Assembly (NCBI GenBank): GCA_046563655.1
Contig: CM102286.1
Location: 15,004,001-15,068,000 of the forward strand
DNA: 64,000 nt
Direction of reading: 5' to 3'
Origin: Yuukianura sp. NJ FZ-2021
Lineage: Eukaryota
Shown: positions 24,701 to 38,800 of the stretch, piece after piece
Layout of the letters: each line of letters begins with the position of its first letter
Numbering within the stretch: the stretch's first letter is position 1
The notes under the pieces: generated by a model
Databases searched by the model: none
What the model was told of the DNA's origin: nothing
What the model saw: only the letters and a program-made list of their open reading frames with translations
Program-made: the position numbers and the translations under genes

Positions 24701-27700
24701 TAAGGGAAGTTTAGAGTCATGCTACTTTCCAATTTGACGTTGTCGTATAACCATCCAACTGAGCTCAAAAACTAACTTTTCAAAGAAAAATTCAAAAAAA
24801 GAAACAAAAAAAAGCGCCTAGCATAGTTTGCAAAAAAAAAAACGAGAATGAAAATTTTTTTGTTCATTTTCAAAATCTTGCATTGCATTTTTTCTCAATT
24901 CGAAGATATTTCAACTGTTGAAGTGAAAGAATAAAAAAGTAAAGTTTTTATGCGGGCAACGAGGTGGCGGGAGAAAGTAAACTTGTTAGCGTCATGTCTT
25001 TTATCATTATTGAGGTCATCGCCTACTCCTGCTGCCCGCACTTTTTACTTCTTGTAAAGAGCGGGAACAAACCAAAAGTTTGAAATCTTGTAACCCCAGT
25101 CCACCAAAGTCCTAATTCTTCATTCCGCCCACACGGGGACTTGAGGGCCTTAACGAATTTAAGTCCCACCAACTCACACACAAAGTTTCCCCATCGCTGG
25201 AAATTAGGAAGACTTAAAAACCTAATGCAACACACTACATTATTCACTGTCCATTACCTCCACTTTCACTTTCACTCTCAGTCACTCTCACTCTGTACAA
25301 AAGAGGGCCTTAACTAATTCAAAAGTGAACAAAAGGAATAGTTACTCCCTCCAATCATTTTCATTTTAACAACTTAGCTTGGCTCACTAAAGAAAACTTC
25401 CGCTTTCTGCAAAACTGTCGAATCTGTTCTATACTAATGCGAAGTTGCCTGACACGTAATTCCTTAATCAAAGGTTTGAAAGAATTTAAAAAAACAACAA
25501 TGGTTAAGGGAAATCTGAAAGCTGTTTTTGTCAAAAATTTTGAACTTTTTTGAAAAAAGTTTTGAGTGGGTTTGAGGAAAAGGTGGAAGTGGCAGATGAA
25601 CTCTTAGTTTTCCAGTTCTTTGGTTTTAGTGGAGCTTATGCTGTGGAGTATGTTTGAGAATGCTAGTTTTGTTCCAATTCTAGTATGAAAGTGAACATGA
25701 AACTGGGAGTGACATGTGTGGATGTTTGTTGACAATAAGGGCCACGGGGTACTTGGGGTACTTGAGTGAATGTTACCTGACACTCGTACGTTCCATTGTC
25801 TCTCTTCTGCACAAATTTGATAAGAAGTGTCCAGTCATCCGATGCATCGGCATGCAGAACCTGAAACCGCTCGTCATTCGTATACGTGATCTTCCCTGTC
25901 GTGAGGATGTGCCAGTCTCTGCGTCGATACCAAGAAATCTATACACAACACAAGGAATGAGTGACATAATTACACAAACGAGGGCACGTCTGTTTCGCTT
26001 AAATTGAAGTTCCATGTCCGCTGTAGGCTGCTGGAACCAGCAATTAATCACGTCAAATGCCCCATATCGACTGGCATGTGAGAGTGTATGACCAGTTATT
26101 GAATAAATTCCAACAGAGTGAAACCTGAGAGCGGGAACATGTGTCGCGGGCTTTTTCAAAAAAACCTCCAGTCCGCGGGCTTTTTGAAAATTCTGGAAGT
26201 GTGTTCCGTGTGTGTTCACCGCACACATTCCAGGAAGTGGGGCTGGAAATGAGCTAAAAGCATCCCAACTCACTCTGCAGCCACACAATTTCCCAGCCAT
26301 GGCCAAATAACTCAGCTTCCTGCCACCCTGCCACCGACGGTGGAAGGTGGAACCCAAGGTTTCTTTACTTTCATTTTCTGTAACAGGTTGGGCAATATTC
26401 ATGTGCTTTTGATTTTGCAAAGAAAAAAGTGTCGTTTCATTTCAGGGCATAACAATACAGCTTTAATTTTTTAAATTTTGCATAAGAATTGGTACCAATT
26501 TTTTCAGATTGGAACAAAAATTGGTAAAAATTATTTTTTTCGTTTTTCTCTTAGGAAGCTAGGCAGTATCCAACCTGTTAAAGAAAATTAACTTTTTGTT
26601 GTCAAAGAACCTTGGTGGAACCGCACTTCCAGAGTTCAATGGCCCAAATTACTCTACGTTGTTGGAAGTGAGACATCAAAACAAAGTACTTAGATCCACG
26701 ACTAAAGAGTCTTCTGGAATCTCGGTTTTAGGACCCTGGGAACCGAAAAACGAAAGTTTGAAATTCCCGGTTCCCGGGAAGCGGGCATTTCGTGTTGAGC
26801 TGACCTTAATGACAGAGCACACCAAGCTCAAATGATGATGGAGAACGTTTCAATTGAGAGAGAAAGTGCGCACGGGGCTTAATATCAGGCATCTGGTCCA
26901 AACTGCCTAACTTTAATTACGTTCTTAACTAAATTTTCAACATAACTTTTGAAATTTTGAAATTTTTTAATAAAATTTTGAAAAAGTGGACTTACAGATC
27001 TTTCTCCGAGGTTTCTGACTTTGCAGCGGAGAAAAGCAGTGTCCCCGAGTGGTACTGTCACATTGACACTCGTGTTGTTGTCAAAGGGATTCTCAGTCAT
27101 CTTCTGAAGTTCCTCGAAACTGGCATACTGCTGATTAGCAGAGTGAGCCACAGGGTCAAAGGGCCCACTCACTTTCTCAGTCACTTGGCCATGGAGCCCT
27201 TAGACACAAAAAAAGAGCCCTTAGACATAAAAAGAGGGGACTTGAGTTTCGACTTGTAATTAGCGACACACCTAAACTTAATTAACACTTTTCTTTACGC
27301 CTGCTGCCCTCAATTAAGTCTCCTTTTGCACAAAAGTGAGCAAAACGCCTTCCCTTTTGATGAAATTTTTTAGGTACTATGGGACATTTTGTCTAAAGTT
27401 CAAAGTGAAAGTAAAGTTTATTTCTCATTAGCTTCTCCAACTCAATTTCCTTTGTACTTTTTGAACTACCTGGATAGTTCTGTTTGAACAATGTAATTTA
27501 ATTACTTCTGACATCCATCTTCCTCCTACTTCAAAATAAGCTTTCAACTTTATGACGCATCTCTTGTCTTCAAAATGTTTTGTTTACAAACCACTCAACC
27601 TTGGCGCGTGCTTTAAATTTTTATTGCATCCCTTAATTTAAAATTTCTTATAAAGTTCTTAATTTCTAATTCAATTACTTTTTACATAAAAATTAAGCTT

Positions 27701-30700
27701 GTTTTCAGCTCCAGTTGAGTTCTTGTCTTTGAAGATGATGTATAATTTAAAGCCCGGTTCACACCGAACTGCTCGCGGATTTTTTTTTCACGTAATTGAC
27801 GTTTAGCAACAGTCCACTGTCCCAAGGATTAAGGTGTATAGAAAGGCCAGTGCAAGTTATCGAAACCTGCCGATTCCTTCCTGTGTGATTCTGCTTGGAA
27901 CCTTATAGGTTGTATAATATATTTATACCAAATATTTGACGGAAGTAACTATCTGAAAAAATATTTAGAGGGAGTAACTATTGAAGTGTATTTTGCTGCT
28001 ACAAGTGGCTTCTGTCGTGTCATGATTCCATTTATGGCGGGTTAATATTTGGCAAACGAGGTCTGATTGGTCTCGCGTGCCCCCAAAATTCGATACTTTG
28101 AAAAAGTATGTTTATGGTCAATTTGAAAATGGGGGGGGGGGGGGGTATTGCATGTTCTAATGCTTTGGGGGGGGTACCCTCGTCAGGGGGTGGGGATAGG
28201 AGGGTGCTATGACAATTCGTACAGTGATGGTGAGAAATTAAATTAATCTCCTTTCACTGCGATGGCGGGAGTGAAATATTTGGATGGCGGGAAAACTTCA
28301 TCCTTCTCTCTTAAAATTCCCCTCGGGAGACGTTTCTCATCCCGCCAAAAAAAAGAGAGCCACGTTCTCTCTTTTTGCACTTGAACTCCAAGGAGAATCT
28401 CAAAGTACGGGAGTTGAGCGTTCAAATTCAAAATAAGGTTCGGGAGTGTAAATATTTCATTTCCGGGTGAGGCGCAGACGCAGAAGGAGCGTAAGCAGCT
28501 TAAGGGCCAACTCTGGAGAGTCGTACAAATTGAGTGACTGGATTCTAGGAATCAAGCACGAAAAATGAGGTACTTTGGATCTGTTTTACTTTTGGGACAA
28601 AGTTGAACCAAATTACACTTTCTCAAAAACTTGTTTTCACGCGCGTGATCTCGCGAAAAAGAAGTTTTCTAGAAAGAAACGTGGTATATAAAATTTATTT
28701 CCCAAGACTCTCTCCATTTTGAAAGTTACAAACAACAAAACACACAACAAAAACATTACGAGCGCTATGTCCAATGAAAGAAATGAAAGAAATTTGAAAT
28801 TGACGCCTCTCGAATTTTAATTTTTGAATGGTTGGTTTTCGAAAAGATGGGAAATAAAATCCAGCTTTTTGTTGATCTAGTTTTTTAAAGATGAAATCGA
28901 TAATTTTATTGTTAATTTTTCTTTTTAGAGCAAAAAATTATCCAATTCTGAACAACTTTTTGAACAAAAAAAAAATTCAAAATTCTCACGAGTCTTAGAT
29001 GCTGGAATAATTTCTAAAGCTTGCTATTTCTAAAAATCTTTCTCTTTTTTCATATTTTGAAACTCTTTTTGTATAAAATGTTGTAGAACTTTTGTAAATT
29101 TTGTAAGTTTCTTTTTTGTGTAAGTAGAGCGCAGTTTGATTTGGTAAGTTGAGATTAATTTCCATAACAGAAATGAATTTGAGCATCAAATTGGAATTGG
29201 GGTGCAGTGGAGCGATATTTTTGGAACTAAAAGTTGTCAACAGCCATGGAGCGACTAAAGCCCAGTCCACACCGAGAGACTTTGAATCCAAAATGAGCGC
29301 AGGCGCTCCAGCCGCTCTTGAAATTCCGCATATTTTAATTGGATGTGGAAGAATAATATTTGTTTACCTCTTGACAGAGAAAGCAAAGCTTTCTCTCTCA
29401 AGTGGAAGATGAAGAGCCGTCTCCGTTTTTGTTATTATTGACTGTTTCTAGCATTTCAAATGAGTGGCTCCACTTTTTAGAATTTCTAGTTTTCTACTTT
29501 TTGAATGTCTACTTTTTAGAATTCCAGAGTGGAATGCAGGAGAAACATTAGAGAGATGAATGGTTGTGTTACTTTTGTGGTTGGGTGTTCCAGAAATCAA
29601 CTGCGTGGCATAATGACTTTTGAGCGGGAGCGGAGTTTTGTCTCATTGGAATTCATGAGCTCTCTTCTCCTTCTGCTGTCCCACCATGATGGAAACCATG
29701 CGTTTCCTGAATTAATGAACCAATTCAAATTGGTAATTATGTGGTTTCAAACTCCGAAGCCACTTCAACATGACCGCGAGAGGTCAAAGGTCACCGCCCT
29801 TCAAAAACGCAGAGGTGCCATAAAGTTACACTGTGGTAGAACAAGCTTCCTTGACAACGAAAAGCGAATTTTCTTTAACAGGTTAGGTACTACCTCGATT
29901 GTTGACAGAAAAACGAAAAAGAAAATTATACCAATTTTAGTACCAATCTAAAAAAAAAAAATGGTACCAATTTGTATGCAAAACTTAAAAAATTTGGCTG
30001 TATTGTTATGACAACTAGGATGCCATGAAATGGAAGGTTACTTTTCTTTGCAAAATCAAAAAACATGAGGTATTACCCAACCTGTTAAAGAAAAAAGTCA
30101 ACAAACCTTGGTGGTAGAATACGGTCTTTTCATAAATGGAATTTATTTCTTCCACTTCCGAAAATAAGCTGTGAATTTAAAGTTTCAAAATTTTGGCGCC
30201 AAGAAAGTCCAAGTTAAGATGACAAGCAATTAGGATCTTCCTCATTTGTCCCAAGGAGAAATGGGAAAGTGCTTTTGAGAAATGACCTCAACTTTCTCCT
30301 TTCTCTCAAAATCTGCTTGTCTGAGGAATCGCCTGTTCCGAGAAATCGTCTATTCCTCTGAATTGTCTGAATTGATGAGGGAATTAAGACTCGAGATGAG
30401 GTTTGACTAATTACGGCGGATGTTAATTACAACACAAACCTCATCTCAATCAACTGCCAACATCACACAAATCCCCTCACTTCCGCCATCCACTTGACTA
30501 CAAATCCAGGAAATTCAAAATTACGCACTAATCCCGCCTTCAACTCAAACTAAAAGCCTCTCACTCTCACCACTTTACTCAAACTGCTCCTGACACAAAA
30601 CTTCAAAATTACCAAAATCAAAAAATTCTAAATTTTCCAAAATGTTCTACTTTCACTTGACTCTGTGTTTTGTGCCTTATGGAGCCACTTTGGAGTTGTG

Positions 30701-30830
30701 CGCATGTGAAGTAGGCTGGAATTGGGTCGTTACCTTGATTGGATGCGAGGAGCAGAAGTAATGTCTGGAAGGCCAACACCGTGTTTAATCTAGGCGAGGC
30801 TGAGAAGCGGAGCGGAAGGGGCCACCCCAT
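21748..30830 (-). CDS. Dpr-family (defective proboscis extension response) two-Ig cell-surface protein, about 327 aa; exons 30830-30734, 27198-26996, 25938-25777, 23039-22905, 22323-22113, 21923-21748
   Basis: Ig1 NVTVPLGDTAFLRCKVRNLGERS-ISWYRRRDWHILTTGKITYTNDERF...WTLLIKFVQKRDNGTYECQVST; Ig2 HVEQGSNINLVCIIEKSPKPPEFIFWYHNERMINY...SRLTIRDARISDSGNYTC; hydrophobic C-terminus. The first (signal) exon is less certain. Confidence 0.9.
22437..22551 (-). mobile_element. tRNA-derived SINE-like element in a dpr intron, same family as 10741-10862
   Basis: Minus strand TGGAGCCAGATAGGTCAAGGGTTAAAGTGCTTCC...GTGGGTTCGAATCCCAC...TTTTTTACAC...TCTCTCAAA matches the other copy. Confidence 0.7.
26355..26614. 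mobile_element. MITE with CAAGGTT...AACCTTG termini and 8-bp TSD (P-element-like)
   Basis: GTGGAACC directly flanks both ends; inner inverted repeat TAACAGGTTGG/CCAACCTGTTA; second copy at 29842-30110. Confidence 0.8.
29842..30110. mobile_element. Second, inverted copy of the P-like MITE
   Basis: Flanked by direct repeat GTGGTAGAA; body is the diverged reverse complement of 26355-26614. Confidence 0.8.
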
Positions 30831-31794
30831 GGCAGGATCACTTTTAATTAGGTGCTAAGTCCCCCCTAAGTCCCCCTCCACGTACGTCCAAGGGCTCTCC
30901 TCTGCAAAACCAAAACACAAAGTTAGTTTATCACCTAAAGCTGAATTAACACCTCCAAATAACTTAAGCTATTCGCTTGACTGCATTGCTGACGCTGAAG
31001 GCGGCAAAATTTAAATTTTCCAAAATATGAGCGCCAAGGGACAAATCCAAAATTCAAAATCCGGGTAGCGAAACTCGCGTTTTCCTTTCATGAATAAAAG
31101 TGAAAGTTCACAATTTCCAAAAACAGTCAATTTCAAAATTTTGGTGAAGTGGTATGTTCAAAATTTTGAAATTTCATTTTTTGAACGAAATGAATCACGG
31201 TGAGTGTCATACTTAAGAGAAGGAACTTTGCAATAAAATTAAGTTTGGATGGTTGTGGTTGTTCCAAAGTACTTCAGTTGGGGAAGGGAGAAAGTTTGAA
31301 GTTAAGGCTGGTTTTCTCCGAATTGGGAGAGTTAAGACACGGGTTCGCTCCGAATTCGGAGAGAGAGGGACAGTGTTCGTTACTTTGTGCAGAGAGTCAT
31401 TAGTGCTTTTCCAAAGTGCAATACATTTCTCCCTCCACAAGATCCGCAGTTTCTCCAAGTGCACTTGTTCCAACAAAACTTTCTCCAAATCTTCACTTTT
31501 TCCGGGATTTTGGAAAGAGAGTGGAGTGATTTTCAAAATTTTTTGGCTTTGGTGCCAGTATGCAGTGGTTCACAAGAGGCCTCTTTGAGACTTTCCACAA
31601 AGACTTTCTTACGACTTGTTCTACCCACTGAACCGTTTTTAGAAATTTTGAGAAGATTTTGAAAATTCTTGGCTAACGCACGAGTCTCACTTGGCCCCGA
31701 TTCAGAATTGGGTCGCAGAAAGATTTCCGGCGCGGTTTAATTTCAACTCGCACAAAACCTAACACGAAAGACGAAAGGTCCAAGTAAAGTTAGG

Positions 31795-31860
31795 TTTTAG
31801 CCTAACGTGAAGGTTTAGCCTAACGTGAAGGTTTAGCCTAACGCAAAAGTTAGCCTAAAT
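31795..31860. repeat. Short tandem repeat TTTAGCCTAACGTGAAGG
   Basis: 3-4 units visible. Confidence 0.75.
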
Positions 31861-32357
31861 GTTAGTGGTGACAGGGAAGGTTAGGTTGTGTGCTTTCCCT
31901 ACCTGAGGGACGGAGTAACTTTCTCTTTGTTCCTACAAATTATGAGGTTGGCGGGGACTGACGCCTCTGCTTAAGCATTATCTCTTTCATCTTATGCCCA
32001 GTTAGGCACTTACTCCTTCAAACAACCTCCTTCACTCCTCTCTAATTTTCAAAAAGAGACGGAAATTCAAAAAAGTTCAAGTTTCTTCAAAAACCCCACC
32101 CCCTGTCTCTTCTGCTTTCGTAATGACACAAGGTGGAAGATGATTAATGAATTCCGACAGTATCAAAGGCCATTAGAGGAGGAGCACCAGTTTGGAAAAA
32201 TTTAAATGAAAAGATGGCGCTTTTTGTTCCAGAAAATTGAGTAGCTTTTAGACACGAACCGGCAGGAATTTAAGTGGCCCGAAAAGAACACAAAGGAACG
32301 TCAATTTTTCACTGTTTAGGCAAAATTAGCTTCTTTTTTTTTCAAGCGAGAAAGCCG

Positions 32358-32553
32358 GTTTTGCCCAACAGTTTAAGCAAAATGTGGAATTTGCCCAACG
32401 CTGCTGAGCGAGGATTGTTTTTGCCCAACTCTGGCAAGAAAAAAGTGTTTTCGCCCAACTCTGTAGAGAAACCCGTGTTTTTGCCCAACTCTGTTGAAAA
32501 AGAAGTATTTTTGGCCAACTCTGGAAAAAAAGAGTATTTTTGCCCAACTCTGG
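32358..32553. repeat. ~30-bp array, 7 units, core TTTGCCCAACTCTG
   Basis: Core recurs every ~30 bp with more variable linkers. Confidence 0.8.
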
Positions 32554-33435
32554 TGAGTCAGCTGACCTTTTGAGAGTTTATTTTCCTCATCTTTTTCCGG
32601 TCCTTGTGATTTGGAGAAAGTTTTTGTGTGTAACTTTTTTTATGTGAAAGTAGTAAGCGACCCAATTCCATAATTTCGTCCAATGGAAATAAATCCGCCG
32701 TCCCATTTCCTGCGTCTTGTGCCCATGTCTGTGCCCATGCATGGGAGTAATGCCCATCTCTGCAAGGAACCTGTCTCTACTTACATGGACTTCAGAATAC
32801 ATAATCCTCCTGAAACAATTTCCTTTGAAGTTTTGTTCAAATAGGCCATAAAAAGTTTTGGGGAGGGAGTAGCGGAACTCTTACACAAACCCAGAGAGGG
32901 TGTATGACGGAGTGAATAAAAGTGGAGTTGGGCATCTATAAATTAGTAGTCTCTCTCCCATAATGTATTCCCTCCATTCCACCAACCCAATTTCAAATTG
33001 GCTCCCTCACCACCAGTTCTCCCTTATCTCCTCCACTCTCCAGCATCCCAAACAACGCAGGAACTTAAGGGACTGGGCCACGGCCATCAAACCAAGATTT
33101 TTATGCGGGTTCATTCAAAATGAGCAACATAAAGTCTCTCTTCCCTCTCCCATTAACTCTCAACATAACGACACGTCACTCTCATCAGATACGCTGATTA
33201 GTGGATCTCAACAACCTTTTTTAAACAACATTTCAAATACAAATTTAAACACTACTTTCAAAGTTTTGCATTTTAAAACACGTTAAATTTTAATGCAAAA
33301 GCAAAACGGCAACAACAAACAACCACAAAAATGAAAAAAAACGGCAACATCGCCTCACCAGGAAGGCGGAGTTCTAAAAGCTAAAAGACTTTACTGAGGC
33401 CGGGTTTTCAAATAAGGATTTTCCTGACAGTCGAG

Positions 33436-33590
33436 ATGGTCGGGAAACTGATAAAGTGGTCGGAAAGTGGTAGGTGGTCGGAAAATGTTAGGTGGTCGGA
33501 AAGTGGTGGGTAGTCGGAAAATGTTAGGTGGTCGGAAAGTGGTAGGTGGTCGGAAAATGTTAGGAGGTCGGAAAGTGGTGGGTGGAAGTA
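33436..33590. repeat. 18/36-bp minisatellite (GGTGGTCGGAAA core)
   Basis: About 8 units, alternating AAAGTGGTA / AAAATGTTA. Confidence 0.85.
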
Positions 33591-35548
33591 TTGTAAAGGG
33601 GGGGGGGGGTAAGCCCCCCTCGCCACCCTAACCTTTTCCCTGATTTTTTGAATTGATTGATAAAACGGACTTTAAAAAGCAGTTTTATTGCCTCTGTTTT
33701 GAGAATTTTCGGCGCCAGTGACCATAGAAAAGCTTCTGGACAAAAATCTTTGTTTTAAGATGACAGTTGTTGTGTCTCTTTATCTTTAGAGATGAGACTT
33801 TGACCAAGGTTTATCATTTGAAAAAAGCGGGTACTTTGAAGTTTCAAAATTTTGGAACAAAGGTCTTTGAAGGTGAATTCCTTTTATTGAGATCTTTGGA
33901 AATCCGAAAAAGTGGACCACTTTTTTCATTTTGCGTGACTGTTTCGTACTTTGGTGCTCCCTCAAGGTAAATCCTTTGGCATTCCGAAAGACTAATGCTT
34001 TCTCCTGCTGAGGAACGGAGGAGGATCAAAGCCTTATGTTTGGTCCGTTGACCAGCGATTGAAAGGAAATGTGCTAGAAAACCATTTCCAAATCCCTCTG
34101 CTCCATCATTTTATTTATGGAAATCCGCTTCACAAATTTCAAAGTTCCCGCGCTTTCCTTCCATTGGCTGAAACTTCCATTTTGGAACGTTCAAGTTCAT
34201 ATTTCTTCAAATCTGAAAACTTGTTTCTCTGTTTAGTCCACAAACCAAAAACAAAGTCAAAGCCCACATCATTTTTCATTCCAACCACAAAAACTTTCCC
34301 TCTTCCGAATTTTCAAAATTTGAATTCAAAATTTTCTTTCTTTTTTTGCGTAGTACAAAATGCACAGCATTAAACAGAACATATTTTTAAAAATTGTTAT
34401 GTTAAGCCACGTTCACACAGGTAAAAAATGGAGCGAAAAAATAATTAAAATAGGACCGTGTGGATTCATAAAGTCTATGAAAATGACGCCAAAAGTACAA
34501 AGAAAGATTGTTTACGCAGATTATGAAATTCCCGGTAACCGGGAATTGGATTTTGGTCGTACGCGGAATTTATTGTATCCAATGCTGTGGAGGGAAAATT
34601 TTGGCGGGAGAAGATGAAACACACTTGAGAGTGTGTGACATTGGTGCTAGTCAGGATTTCTTATCAATGGGACACCAGAGAACGACTAGCACCAGGAAAA
34701 AAGAAGAAGAGGAGCTGTAAATTATGTAGCGCCAAGATTTGAATCTTGGCTCCCTTTCTCCTCTTCTCACAAACTTCGATTTTTTTTTGGCGGGAGAAAA
34801 GGTTTTTTGACTTTTTATGAAACCAATAAATAATATACAAGTGACGTCACCTCTGCTTACACAAAAACTTTGAATTTCAAATCCTCCCGCTTTTTCAAAC
34901 CCCTTGTCCTGTCACATACACCCGCTTCACAAAAACCACGACTTTGCTTTCTTTTTCACTTTTTTGTGAATATGTGTTCCAGCCTTTACCTTTTTTGTGT
35001 GTGAACCGGGCTTTACTTTTTTTTTTCAGTGTGCACCACACTTTACTTCTTTTTTTGTGTGAACAAGGCTTTACCCGGGTTGGTTCAATTTCCTCACGAG
35101 ATGAAAAGTTTGAGACCAGGCAGGAAAAGCAACTTTTTTCAACTGGTTAAATTTCTGTTTATCTCCGATTAAAATGTCCCGCAATTTCCGTCATATTTTT
35201 CCCATTACGAGACCGCAAAAGGAAAAAAAAATGACTTTTCCTCAATTTACTTTTTTTGGTTAACCAACTGAAGAAAGCGCTTTCGTTTTCGTTCTCTTTT
35301 TTTGCAAAAATGATGAGAAATGCGGGTGGTGCGGAGGTTTAAGTCGGAAATGAAATTCAATTCAACTTGATTTCGACGTAGAAAGAGAGAAGATCAAAGG
35401 AGAATTTTTAGTCGACTGAATTTCTGTTTGTGAGAGGACGATGGCGGCCTGTGATCCTTCTTGGCCATTGTCCCACCAGACTTCTTGGTTTAGCCAGAAA
35501 TAACAAAAGTTTTGTTTAGTTTATGATTTGTATCAAAAGATTCAACCG

Positions 35549-35562
35549 GTTGCCATGGCAAC
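35549..35562. promoter_or_regulatory. RFX X-box palindrome GTTGCCATGGCAAC
   Basis: Perfect match to the palindromic X-box consensus; function not shown. Confidence 0.5.
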
Positions 35563-35744
35563 CGATAGCTTTTTTCTCTCCTGCTCCCGTGGCAACCAAA
35601 AACAGAATAAATTCAAACGTCGTCTCTATTGATTTTGTAATCATTTTTCAATTTTCTGGTTCAAGTGTAGTTGGAGGTCCTTGGGAACGGCGGGAGGGCC
35701 AACACACTTTTTTCCCGCCCTGCGGAGTATGAAATTGGAAGTGG

Positions 35745-35800
35745 CCATGACAGTTTGTCCCATGACAGTTTGTCCTATGACAGTTTGTCCCATGACAGCC
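35745..35800. repeat. 15-bp tandem repeat CCATGACAGTTTGTC
   Basis: About 3.5 units. Confidence 0.8.
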
Positions 35801-38800
35801 TCTCTAAGTCCAAGTGTCGCTTGATTGTTTCCTTGACATTCCTTTTTCTTAAGTCCCACTCACACAAATAAGTTCATGTCACTCTCCACAATGAACATAA
35901 AACTGACGGGACTCAAAATAATGGGACTTCAAGGGACCCCCTTATCTGTTGGGGGGACTTCACTTCAAGGGCCCCCTCATTTTTTGGGGGTACTTCACTT
36001 CAAACTTGTTAAAATCCGCATGACATACAACTATTTTTATGGAGCAATGGGGCCAAACTCATTAAATGAGCAGAATTTGTGTCTGAGTCGAGTCATGGGT
36101 TCGAATCCCATTAGCATCAGGAAATTTTTTTTTAGTTTAGAAAAGTTGGAAACTGAGTTTAATTAATTTAATTGATTAAACAAATGACATATGAACTATT
36201 TCGAAAACAATTAAACTCAAAGTCATTTCAATTTAGGACATTCCAGCTTTCTCTCTGGGTCAAGAGTGTCTAGTACAAAAAGCGACTTTGAGCAAAAACC
36301 AATCTCATTTGGCCAAAAATTTACAAAGTTCACACGAACCTTGTTTTATTTAAATTCAAACGAAACATTTGAACTTTTGGCGCCTTTACGAGCAGGACTC
36401 TTGCTGCTCTAATTTTAAGTGGGAATTGAGCCCAAGATTAATTAATACTCTTATTGCATGCAATTGAAGTAGAGTTTTGTGCCGCCATTCTTTTGTCGCC
36501 ATTCTCTCATTTGAAATTAGAATTGACTAAGCAATTACACTGTCATTACAAAAGTGGAGCACGTCTCTAACTTTTATAAAATGAGCACTTTTCACTCCTG
36601 CTTTTTACTTTTTACCAAAATTCACAAGGTTTTTGAAACTCCCGAGTTCCAGTTAATACGTTACACTTCGTTGAAACTCAGAAATGAAAAAAAAGTGCTT
36701 CAAAACACATTTCTGTGCTTTCTCCAAAATGAAAAAATAGAAGTTTTCATTTGAAGTAAGAAATTAAGACTGAAAAATGAGAGTCGTTGGAGAATTCCAG
36801 TTTTGATTTGATGCACACCATTGCCCTTCTTCTTTTCTGAAATGTACAGTGCGTTCCTCCATCAATTGAAGGACAGAAAGCACATTTCATTGTGAGACAA
36901 GCGACACTTTGTCCTTGGATTGTGCTCTAGTAAGCACATTTCTTTCTCCTTCCTCACACGCTCCGTAGGCACGTATTAATCAATTCCATTTCCAATTTTA
37001 CTCCAACTTTCTCTACTTGGAGGGAGTAACTAAACTTCAAAAGAGAAAGGAGAATTCAAACTTTTACTTTTACGACTTCCTACTCTTTTTCCATGAAGAG
37101 AACAAGCTGAGAGGACAAAAAGACTCAAATTCCATTTCGAATTCCTTCATCGACGTAATTTGAAGAGTTAAACGAAAAGGATTTCGAATTTGCAAAAAAT
37201 GGACGTTTTTAGTTTTTATGTTTTGAACTCTCATGCATGGACAGTCACATTAAAAAAAAAGTCCAATTTGTTCCGATTTTTCGTTTCAGTGGGTTTTGTG
37301 AAAACGTTTAACTTTTGAGACAAAGTGCGCAAAATCGGTTGATTTTGCTTTAAAAACGCACAGTAGGCACAAAAACCGTTTTTTAGTTTACGACACGCGC
37401 GTGTAAAAGGAAATGGAAAAACAATGAATTCTGTTTGAGCTTTTTCGTAACTTTTTTAGATTTACTTTCTCTTTTCATTTTTTCTTTTAGCTCTTAAGTT
37501 GTTTCTTGTGAAAAATATAAGAAGAAACCATCAAATTCGTATTAGATCCTTAGATGTTGTCTGAGATTGGATCTAATTTGAGTTGAACCTCAGGAAATAA
37601 TTGCCTAGGCTCCGTAGTTACTCCCTCCAAGACCCTAGTTACTCCCGCCACCAAAACTTACTCTCCCAACAACCGCCAAAATTTAAACTTCTCTTCACGT
37701 CTTGCCTTGACTCCAAAAGCTCTTCTGAGCCAGTTAGCTTTTACTTTTACTTTGATGCTGTTCCGCTCTAGCCCAAAGAAAATTTGTAAGCACAGACAAC
37801 CCAAGTCTACGTTCACCAAAGAACTTATTTTTGACTTTTTTTTTTGAAATTCCCGCTCCTACGATTTGAGTCCAGACTACTTTTAGTTTCATCTCAAACG
37901 CAAAGGATATCCTTGGAGACTTTCCCACAAAAACTCTCTTCCACTTTCTCTTTTTTTAAAAAAGTTTCCACATGAACAAACTTTCATTTCTCCCTCTCCG
38001 TCTCTACCAAAATAATTAAAAAATTGAACCTCCCTCACTGTTTGTGTTGGAATTTCGAAAAAGTGCAGACTTTTTTTTAGTCCCTTCAATTTTTTGAAAC
38101 TCTTTCTTCTTTTGATCCCATTTTATTTTTGAGTTTAAAAAAGTGCTGAACAGCCAACTTTGTTCGGAGATTGGCAGCCACCGTAAGTTTTTGGCAGCGG
38201 AGGTTTATGTTTCCTCGTCTTTTGAAAAGTGAAGTGCAGTGATGGGCAGAACAAGAGTCTTCAAAGAAATACACTTTACAGAGATGGGCAAACCTTGGGA
38301 AAAAACTATAAATCCATGTTAACTCTTCTCCTTCCTCCTCCCAATAAGATTTATATGCGCCAAATTTCAATTTATGAAAGGAAATGAAAAGGAAACGTGC
38401 CAATCCCCATTCTGCAGAAACGTGCTAAAAGTGAGGTGTCAATCATTCCAAAGCTCCTTTTAATTCTACACCCCACCTACATAACATAAAAAAAACTTAA
38501 GCCCGATTCACACTTTTAAAAAAAGTTGGTAAGCCCGATTCACACTTTTCTCTCAAAAAAGAAGTTAAGCCTGTTTCACACTTTTTGAGACTCTAAAGCC
38601 AATTTAAGCCATTTGTGTTAAGCTGGGATTTATTAGTACTTTTCGCATCATATTAAGCCGCGTTCTCACTTTCCGCAAGTTTTGTGCGTTCGCACTTTTT
38701 TTGTAAGTCTTCGTATTCTTTGTGTTAGTTAAGCGGATTTGATTGAGTAGGCGCGAAAAACTTTTTTCTTTTAAAGTTTTTTTTTCTTTGGAACGAGGAA

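Noticed and set aside
25773..26420. 215-aa minus-strand ORF
   Set aside because: Overlaps the dpr Ig exon in a different frame and starts inside a MITE
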